Positions 57,700 to 64,000 of a stretch of 64,000 bases of DNA are shown piece by piece. The translations under genes and the position numbers were made by a program. The DNA is from an uncultured Fidelibacterota bacterium. Its GTDB lineage: Bacteria; Fidelibacterota; Marinisomatia; Marinisomatales; Marinisomataceae. The notes below the pieces were generated by a model that saw nothing but the letters and a program-made list of their open reading frames with translations, did no database searches and was not told where the DNA came from. Each line of letters starts with the position of its first letter. Position 1 is the first letter of the stretch. Where the stretch lies: assembly GCA_902538565.1 (NCBI GenBank), contig CACBFQ010000002.1, positions 374,740 to 438,739 of the forward strand, written 5' to 3'.

Positions 57700-58470
57700 T
57701 TAAATGATGCCTCGCTTACTAGAGTTATAAAAGTGAAGAATTTCATTGATATGCTTACTATCAGAAAGCTCTTCTTTGACTCTAGAAAGAGCATCTGATT
57801 GATTTAAATCAGATCTAAAAAGGTACCTGTAAGCTTTTTTAATTTCAGATTTTTCATCATCTGAAAAACCTCTTCTACTCAGACCTAGAGAGTTAATACC
57901 AGAATATTGAACTGGATGTTTACCAGCAAGTATAAACGGAGGTACATCTTGAACAAGTTTTGAGTTTGCTGCCACCATAGCATGTTTTCCAATTTTACAA
58001 AATTGGTGCGCATTGCTTGCTCCACCCAAAATTGCCCAATCATCAATTTCTACATGACCACCTAATGCAACTAGGTTTACCAAGATAACATTATTACCAA
58101 TAATGCAGTCATGTGCAACATGAACACCGGTCATAATTAATACGTCCTCACCAATTCTAGTTTCTCCTGTTGCATTTGTTCCTCTATTTAAGGTCACAAA
58201 CTCTCTAATAATTGTTCTATCGCCAATAATTAATTTTGTATCCTCACCGCCAAATTTTTTATCTTGAGGAATTGCACCAATACTACTGTTATTTACTATG
58301 TAACAATCATTTCCAATCTCTGTAAACTGAGAAATGGTATTAAAATTTCCAATCTTTACGTTGTCGCCAATTATAACATTATCTTCAATTACGTTATAAG
58401 GTCCAATCTCAACATTATTACCAATTTGGGCTGAGCTTGATATAATATTTGTTTGGTGTATCTTGCTAAT
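57700..58470 (-). CDS. lpxA: Acyl-ACP--UDP-N-acetylglucosamine O-acyltransferase, probably initiated at ATT
   Basis: The ORF track shows only the 3' part. The frame extends without stops to ATT 58470 (ISKIHQTNII..IGPYNVI..PQDKKF..IREFVTLNRG..HVAHDC), giving 256 aa; AGGAG lies 5 nt upstream. Confidence 0.93.
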   Translation of the reverse strand: MSKIHQTNIISSSAQIGNNVEIGPYNVIEDNVIIGDNVKIGNFNTISQFTEIGNDCYIVNNSSIGAIPQDKKFGGEDTKLIIGDRTIIREFVTLNRGTNATGETRIGEDVLIMTGVHVAHDCIIGNNVILVNLVALGGHVEIDDWAILGGASNAHQFCKIGKHAMVAANSKLVQDVPPFILAGKHPVQYSGINSLGLSRRGFSDDEKSEIKKAYRYLFRSDLNQSDALSRVKEELSDSKHINEILHFYNSSKRGII

Positions 58471-58478
58471 TTTATCTC

Positions 58479-58910
58479 CTATCTTTCAACCATTGAGGCT
58501 AAAAATTCTGCTTTAGCTACAAGCTTATCATTAACATGACAAGTAGATTCAAACTTAAATGAATTTAACTTTTCATTTACTACTTTTGCATCTATAATAA
58601 TTTGGTCACCTGGTATGATATTTGAATGAATTCTAAAATTGTTCACTTTTGATAAATAAATTAAATGATTTTCTGGATTATCAATAAAGTCCAGTATGAT
58701 TAGACACGATGATTGGGCCATTGACTCTAGTATTAGCACTCCAGGCATTATTGGCTTGTTAGGAAAATGTCCTGAAAAAAATGGTTCATTAATCGTAACA
58801 TTTTTTAAAGTTTTAATTTCTTTTTTGTCCTTCTTATCAATAATCCTATCAACAAGTAAAAAAGGATATCGATGTGGAATCATTTCTAAAATGTAGTTTA
58901 TATCTTTCAT
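58479..58910 (-). CDS. fabZ: 3-hydroxyacyl-ACP dehydratase
   Basis: IPHRYPFLLVDRI, KNVTINEPFFSGHFP and MPGVLILESMAQ. Confidence 0.96.
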   Translation of the reverse strand: MKDINYILEMIPHRYPFLLVDRIIDKKDKKEIKTLKNVTINEPFFSGHFPNKPIMPGVLILESMAQSSCLIILDFIDNPENHLIYLSKVNNFRIHSNIIPGDQIIIDAKVVNEKLNSFKFESTCHVNDKLVAKAEFLASMVER

Positions 58911-59827
58911 TTAAATTGGTCTTTAAATTCCTCTCTTAAGATTCGTGCAAACTCAACATTTCCTTTGTGTCCGCTTTTAATAGCAGTTACATGTCCTTTG
59001 ATTGGCTTCCCTAGCAAAGCTAAGTCTCCAATTAAGTCTAATGTTTTATGTCTTACCGGCTCATTTTTAAACCTTAAATGCTGTGATTTATACAATCCTC
59101 GAGATCCTTGGTAAAATTTGATACCAAACTTATCCATAAAAAACTTTACTTCATCTCCATCTATATCTTTATCAACAATGATTACTGCATTACCAACATT
59201 GCCGCCTTTAATTAATCCTTGCTTAGCCAATTCTGTAACTTCGCTCAATAAACAAAATGTTCTAGCAGGTGCTATCTGCTTTTCATAGTTAGTATATGCA
59301 TTTTGAATTGAACTGTATTGAACATCTAAATCTTCTAAATCATATTGAATTGTAAAAGTAGTTTTAAACCCGTCAAAAGGAACTGCTAGCACTTCAACAT
59401 CTTTTTCTTCATCATTATAAACTACAGGCTTTGTGATTTCTAAAAAGTCAACTGGTTCATTCTGCTCAATAATTTCACCTTCTTTTAAAGCTGATACAAA
59501 ATCTTTAGAACTTCCATCCATCACTGGAGGCTCTTTACTGTTTAATTCAATTAAAAGATTATTAACTCTCATGCCAGCGCAGGCAGACATTACATGCTCA
59601 GTTGTATGTACTCTTACTCCATTCTCTTCAATTGTAGTACCACGGGTTAGATCAACTACATTATCTATATCTGGAGTTACAACTTTGTCTCCTTTATCAT
59701 TTCTAATAAATTTGATTCCAGTATTTTCATCAGCAGGATGAAAAGTAATAGTGCTTTGTACGCCTGTATGAAGCCCTACTCCAGTACATGATACAGAATA
59801 TTTGATAGTTTTTTGTTTAGCTGGCAT
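58907..59827 (-). CDS. lpxC: UDP-3-O-acyl-N-acetylglucosamine deacetylase
   Basis: QKTI..GVGLHTG, TTEHVMSA, PPVMDGSS, IAPARTF, EPVRHKTLDLIGDL and GHKGN. Confidence 0.95.
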   Translation of the reverse strand: MPAKQKTIKYSVSCTGVGLHTGVQSTITFHPADENTGIKFIRNDKGDKVVTPDIDNVVDLTRGTTIEENGVRVHTTEHVMSACAGMRVNNLLIELNSKEPPVMDGSSKDFVSALKEGEIIEQNEPVDFLEITKPVVYNDEEKDVEVLAVPFDGFKTTFTIQYDLEDLDVQYSSIQNAYTNYEKQIAPARTFCLLSEVTELAKQGLIKGGNVGNAVIIVDKDIDGDEVKFFMDKFGIKFYQGSRGLYKSQHLRFKNEPVRHKTLDLIGDLALLGKPIKGHVTAIKSGHKGNVEFARILREEFKDQFK

Positions 59828-60812
59828 TTTTTTTTAATCTTTTTTCAAGTAATTCGAATCTTGTGTAAATAGCGTCTCTTTTTTGTTTCTCTTTAATAGG
59901 TCGCGCTGGATTTCCTGCGTACATTTCAGATCCTGGAAGTGATTTTAGAACGCATGACCTTGCAGCAATTACTGATTTTTCACCTAAAGTAATATGTGGG
60001 CCTATGTCACTCTTTCCAGCTATAGTTACAAAATCTTTAATTTTTGTACTTCCGCCAATAAAAACTCCTCCAGCAAATAAACATGCTTTCCCAATTGACA
60101 CATTATGTGCAATATGTACCTGATTATCAAATTTACAAAAATCTGCGATTGTTGTATTTTGAACCGAACCTCTATCAATAGTACATGCAGCCCCAATTTC
60201 AACGTCATTACCAATAATTACTGCTTTTATATGAGGAATTTTATGGTGTTCATTTCCAACTGTGTGATAACCAAAGCCATCACTTCCTACTACTGTCCCA
60301 GCATTAATAATGCAATTTTCCCCAATAATGGTATTATCGTACAACACTACATTATCATAGATAACACTATTGTCTCCAATGATACATCCAGCATTAATTT
60401 TCACACCATTTCCAATGAAAACATTATTACCAAGAACTACCTCTTGTTCGATAACTGAAAAAGCTCCAATGTGAAGGTTTTTCGGTTTTTCAACTGATTC
60501 ATGTAGTTCAGAATGCTTAGAAATATTAAATACAGGAACAGGTCTATCATCAAAAAAATCCAGAATGGTTATCATAGCTAAGTATGGATTTTCAACAACT
60601 ATCCCGGCGTTGTACTTTAAATCTTCATCAGAAGTAACAACAAATGCCGCAGCGCTTGATGAAGCTATTTCTTTTTTATACTGAGGTAAAAATGCGAATG
60701 CTATTGATTTATTAGAAGCAGATTTTAAATCATCTACTGTGGAAATAGCAATACTACCATCACCAATTAACTTTCCGTTTACTTTATCAGCTAACTCTTT
60801 AAGAGAAATCAA
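59817..60812 (-). CDS. lpxD: UDP-3-O-acylglucosamine N-acyltransferase
   Basis: NPYLA, hexapeptide repeats, GSDGFGY, KIPH, IDRG and KFDNQVHIAHN; TTG start. Confidence 0.95.
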   Translation of the reverse strand: MISLKELADKVNGKLIGDGSIAISTVDDLKSASNKSIAFAFLPQYKKEIASSSAAAFVVTSDEDLKYNAGIVVENPYLAMITILDFFDDRPVPVFNISKHSELHESVEKPKNLHIGAFSVIEQEVVLGNNVFIGNGVKINAGCIIGDNSVIYDNVVLYDNTIIGENCIINAGTVVGSDGFGYHTVGNEHHKIPHIKAVIIGNDVEIGAACTIDRGSVQNTTIADFCKFDNQVHIAHNVSIGKACLFAGGVFIGGSTKIKDFVTIAGKSDIGPHITLGEKSVIAARSCVLKSLPGSEMYAGNPARPIKEKQKRDAIYTRFELLEKRLKKNAS

Positions 60813-60824
60813 GTGCTAACCCTA

Positions 60825-61340
60825 TTATTCAGACGACTGATTGGTCTTTCTAAGCTCGTATAATACGTCGTCAGTTAAGTCAATAGTTGGCTTTGTGTAT
60901 AATGAAGCTTGAGATCCATCAATAATCAAATCAAAACCCTTAGATATAGCAACTGCATTTACAGCTGCTTTGAATTTTTCTACTAATTCAAATTCTAGTT
61001 GAGCTTGCTTTCTAGTGAGTTCACCGTTTGGTCCAACTTTAGATAATTGGTAGCTTTGCATAGAGTTGTTCATATCAACAATGTCTTGTTCTTTAGCTTT
61101 TTTAAGTTCTTCTGACATCATCAAGCTTTGCTGTTCATACTCTTTAACCATGCTATCTAATTGAGTTGCCATTGATTGATATTCTTTTTGAATGACTTCT
61201 AGCTCGAGCTGTAATTGTTGCTCGACATCCTTAAACTCTTCAAAATCAAGTCTAATTTTTTCAGAAAATACAATACCAATCTTTTGTTGGGAAAAAGCAA
61301 TTCCTGTTAATAATAATACTGTTAATATTTTTTTATACAC
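60825..61340 (-). CDS. skp: Periplasmic chaperone Skp/OmpH
   Basis: Signal peptide, QQKIGIV, coiled coil, FDLIID and IDLTDDVL. AAGGAG SD 6 nt upstream supports GTG at 61340. Confidence 0.88.
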   Translation of the reverse strand: MYKKILTVLLLTGIAFSQQKIGIVFSEKIRLDFEEFKDVEQQLQLELEVIQKEYQSMATQLDSMVKEYEQQSLMMSEELKKAKEQDIVDMNNSMQSYQLSKVGPNGELTRKQAQLEFELVEKFKAAVNAVAISKGFDLIIDGSQASLYTKPTIDLTDDVLYELRKTNQSSE

Positions 61341-61354
61341 TTTATTCTCCTTAT

Positions 61355-63733
61355 TTAAAAAGTTTGTCCAAATGTGATAGTATACTCCCAACCTTGGGCT
61401 TCTCCATCTCCATTTATATCATCAAAACCATATCCCATATCAAAGCCTAATTTACCAATACCTGGCATAAAAAACCTAACACCAACTCCGGCAGACTTTT
61501 TCATTGAAATTGAGCTAAATCTATCAATGTAAAACGGCTCTGTCAATGCAGATGTATTCCACACATTCCCCATTTCTCCGAATGCCATTAAATAAATTAC
61601 AGGATTTTCAGAAAGTGGGAATCTAAGCTCTGTTACAAATCTGCCCATTGAATTACCGCCGACTGCCTGACCTGAAACAGTTTGAGGCCCAATAGCATTA
61701 TCGGGATAACCTCTTAATGCATTACCGTATGGTATACCATTACCTCCCATAATAAATCTTTCATCAAACGGAACAAATGATTGTATGTCATCGCCAACAT
61801 CTATGGTTTTAATAACACCAAGCTTTACTGAATTATATAAAACAAACTTTGAAAAAGTAGGAGTAAACCAATCAAGGGTTAGCATATGCTTTTGAAAATT
61901 CTCGTTTCCTCCAAGAAATCCACCAGAATAAGTATTCTCTAAAATAAATGTTGAACCATTGGTAGGGAATTCTGCTCTATTTCTACTATCCCTCGATAAT
62001 ACTTGAGATAAACTAATACCTCTGGTTTTCTGTAGTCCGCCAATATAGTTATCTATATCGGATTGTGAGCCTTCATATTCTTTTTGCATGAACTTTGCTG
62101 ACCACATTACTCTAAAGAAATCATCTGGCCATTCTAATCTCCTACCAAAGCTAGCTACTGCTCCTCCTACAGTAAAATCTAATGGGAAATAATAGTTTGT
62201 AGATGAACCTCTAAAAGAATAAAAAATAGATGCCCCTACAAGATAAGGGCTATCATTAATCATTGGGTCTTGGAAGCTAATATTTAATGATCTGTATTTT
62301 GAAGGCTCTTGCGTAGTATAAATTGAAAAATTAGTACCAGTACTTGCCCCAATATTTAGCTTTTGCCCCTTACCTCTAAAATTATCGAACTCAACACCTG
62401 CTCCCCCAGTTATACCGTATTCACCAGTAAAGCCAAGGTTAGCATTGATTCTTTGCGTTGATTTTTTTTCCTCAACAACAAAGTCAAGGTTTACTTTATC
62501 ATCAGATATTGGGGTTACATCAGGAATCACATTATCAAAATAATTTAAAATCCATATATCTCTTTGACTCCTCATCAGTTTAGACCTACTGAAAACATCT
62601 CCCGGATAAAGCTTTAATTCTCTTCTAATTACATTTTCTCTTGTTTTTTCATTTCCAGAAACAAAAATATTTTCTACATATACCTTATTACCTTCATTAA
62701 AAACAAACTTAACATCTAATGAATCTTTTCCAGCAGGAGTAACTTCAGGCGTAACACTACTAAAAATATATCCCTTATCTTGATAGGTACTCATCATATT
62801 TTCATAAACTGATTTGTCAAATTGTTCTTTGGAAAACATATCTCCAGATTGAATACCTAGAAGCCTTTTTAACTCGTCCTCTTCTGCAATTTGATTACCA
62901 TCAAAAATGAAGTTTCTATAGAAATATTTTGGTCCCTCTTCAATATTTATTTGAAGAGTTAATGATGCATCATCTTCATTAACAATTAAGCTATCGCTTA
63001 ATACTCTAAAATCTCGATGACCTTCATTCTGATAAAAAGTTGATAATATCTCTTTGTCTTCCGTAAATGTTTTGGGGTCGAAATTCTTTACCCAAAATGT
63101 CCACCACTTTTTCTGCTTGGTATTGGTTAACTCTCTTCTAAGTTTTCTTTCTGAAAAACTCTTATTACCATTAAAAGTTATATTTTTTAAACTATATTTC
63201 GTGTTTTCATTAATAGTAAATAAAACGTCTCTTGGATAATCTACTCTAACGATTGTATCTTGAGGAACAATAACTGAAGAAGATATTTCTACGTTGAAAT
63301 ATCCGTCATCTTTATATATTTCTGTGATTTTTCTAACAGCTTTGTCAATTGAATTTGGCTTAATACGCTGCCCAGACCTAAGTTCAATTTTTTCTCTGAA
63401 TCTTCCTTCTCGAACGGTCATACCCTCAAATAACATCTGATTAAGAATTGGACTCTCTGACACTTTTATTGTTATTTCTACCCCATATTGTGATTCGTTG
63501 TTTAAAACAATATTTACATCCTCAAATAAGCCTAAATCCCATAATCTCGTAATTGCAGTAGAGATATCTGATCTTTGGATTTGTGTACCATCCCTTAGAC
63601 CGGCAGAATATTTGATCATTTTATCTGAAGTAGTAGTATTACCTTCAACATTTACTCTATAAAGAGTTACTTGCTGAGCAAATATTTGCGTGCAAAAACA
63701 TAAAAATAGTATAAATATTTTCGCAAAATTCAT
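61355..63733 (-). CDS. bamA: Outer-membrane protein assembly factor BamA
   Basis: POTRA repeats (GNEKTRENVIRRE), barrel with ALRGY and C-terminal FGQTF. Confidence 0.95.
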   Translation of the reverse strand: MNFAKIFILFLCFCTQIFAQQVTLYRVNVEGNTTTSDKMIKYSAGLRDGTQIQRSDISTAITRLWDLGLFEDVNIVLNNESQYGVEITIKVSESPILNQMLFEGMTVREGRFREKIELRSGQRIKPNSIDKAVRKITEIYKDDGYFNVEISSSVIVPQDTIVRVDYPRDVLFTINENTKYSLKNITFNGNKSFSERKLRRELTNTKQKKWWTFWVKNFDPKTFTEDKEILSTFYQNEGHRDFRVLSDSLIVNEDDASLTLQINIEEGPKYFYRNFIFDGNQIAEEDELKRLLGIQSGDMFSKEQFDKSVYENMMSTYQDKGYIFSSVTPEVTPAGKDSLDVKFVFNEGNKVYVENIFVSGNEKTRENVIRRELKLYPGDVFSRSKLMRSQRDIWILNYFDNVIPDVTPISDDKVNLDFVVEEKKSTQRINANLGFTGEYGITGGAGVEFDNFRGKGQKLNIGASTGTNFSIYTTQEPSKYRSLNISFQDPMINDSPYLVGASIFYSFRGSSTNYYFPLDFTVGGAVASFGRRLEWPDDFFRVMWSAKFMQKEYEGSQSDIDNYIGGLQKTRGISLSQVLSRDSRNRAEFPTNGSTFILENTYSGGFLGGNENFQKHMLTLDWFTPTFSKFVLYNSVKLGVIKTIDVGDDIQSFVPFDERFIMGGNGIPYGNALRGYPDNAIGPQTVSGQAVGGNSMGRFVTELRFPLSENPVIYLMAFGEMGNVWNTSALTEPFYIDRFSSISMKKSAGVGVRFFMPGIGKLGFDMGYGFDDINGDGEAQGWEYTITFGQTF

Positions 63734-63736
63734 TTT

Positions 63737-64000
63737 CTAAACTTTCCCAAATGTTCTATTTCTGTTATCATACTCTTTTAAAGCTTTTTCAAGTTCTTCT
63801 ACATCAAAATCTGGCCAATTTTTATCACAAACATAAATTTCTGCATATGCTGATTGCCATAGTAAAAAATTGCTCAGTCTATATTCACCTCCAGTCCTGA
63901 TTATCATATCTGGATCTGGCAGTTCAGGGCAATATAAGTGATTTTTAAGAATTTCTTCATTAATAATTTTTACGTCTGATTTTATCAATGAATTGAATGC
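63737..64000 (-). CDS. uppS: Undecaprenyl diphosphate synthase (5' part outside the window)
   Basis: [35 protein letters not shown]. Confidence 0.95.
   Translation of the reverse strand, partial: AFNSLIKSDVKIINEEILKNHLYCPELPDPDMIIRTGGEYRLSNFLLWQSAYAEIYVCDKNWPDFDVEELEKALKEYDNRNRTFGKV

Noticed and set aside
302-63239. Many 60-140 aa opposite-strand or nested ORFs in the track (e.g. 11873-12304, 33888-34247, 56052-56363, 60105-60458)
   Set aside because: They lie antisense to, or out of frame within, well-supported genes and show no motifs; they are expected by chance.
1-64000. CRISPR arrays, prophage, IS elements, rRNA, recoded stop codons
   Set aside because: I saw no periodic repeats, structural phage genes, transposases or rRNA signatures. 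TGA acts as a normal stop (ybeY, lpxC), and no conserved gene contains an internal stop.

Overview
Low-GC, densely packed bacterial chromosome segment with short intergenic spacers and many overlapping start/stop codons. By inference from gene content and order it is a streamlined Gram-negative FCB-related genome, probably marine and possibly Ca. Marinimicrobia/SAR406; this is not verified. From left to right it holds: (i) a minus-strand housekeeping run (metG partial, holB, EnvC-like, cytidylyltransferase, mazG, ybeY, 7TM-HD phosphodiesterase, fabH, RNase P RNA, Zn-ribbon protein); (ii) a plus-strand, translationally coupled SET-domain methyltransferase / metK / ahcY / FAD-oxidase operon; (iii) a ~25 kb surface-polysaccharide region in two blocks, separated by a tRNA(CAT) and a plus-strand operon (class IV PLP enzyme, sulfotransferase-like protein, small membrane protein, M1 peptidase, Wzi); (iv) an orphan TonB-dependent receptor with a bidirectional terminator; (v) dnaG-cvpA-yqeY plus a catalytically degenerate DNA methyltransferase homologue; (vi) amidinotransferase, esterase, AlkA, esterase; (vii) coaE-adk-floA-nfeD and lpxL-tsaC; (viii) the conserved uppS-bamA-skp-lpxD-lpxC-fabZ-lpxA-dxr-rseP envelope cluster. 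I saw no CRISPR array, integrase, transposase, prophage or rRNA. The best candidates for undescribed biology are the SET-MetK-AhcY module, the PLP-enzyme/sulfotransferase operon next to a minimal APS-kinase/nucleotidyltransferase pair, the intact pseudo-methyltransferase in the primase operon, two unusual glyco-enzyme fusions, and an ATT-initiated lpxA. All assignments come from motif recognition by eye; no database searches were run.
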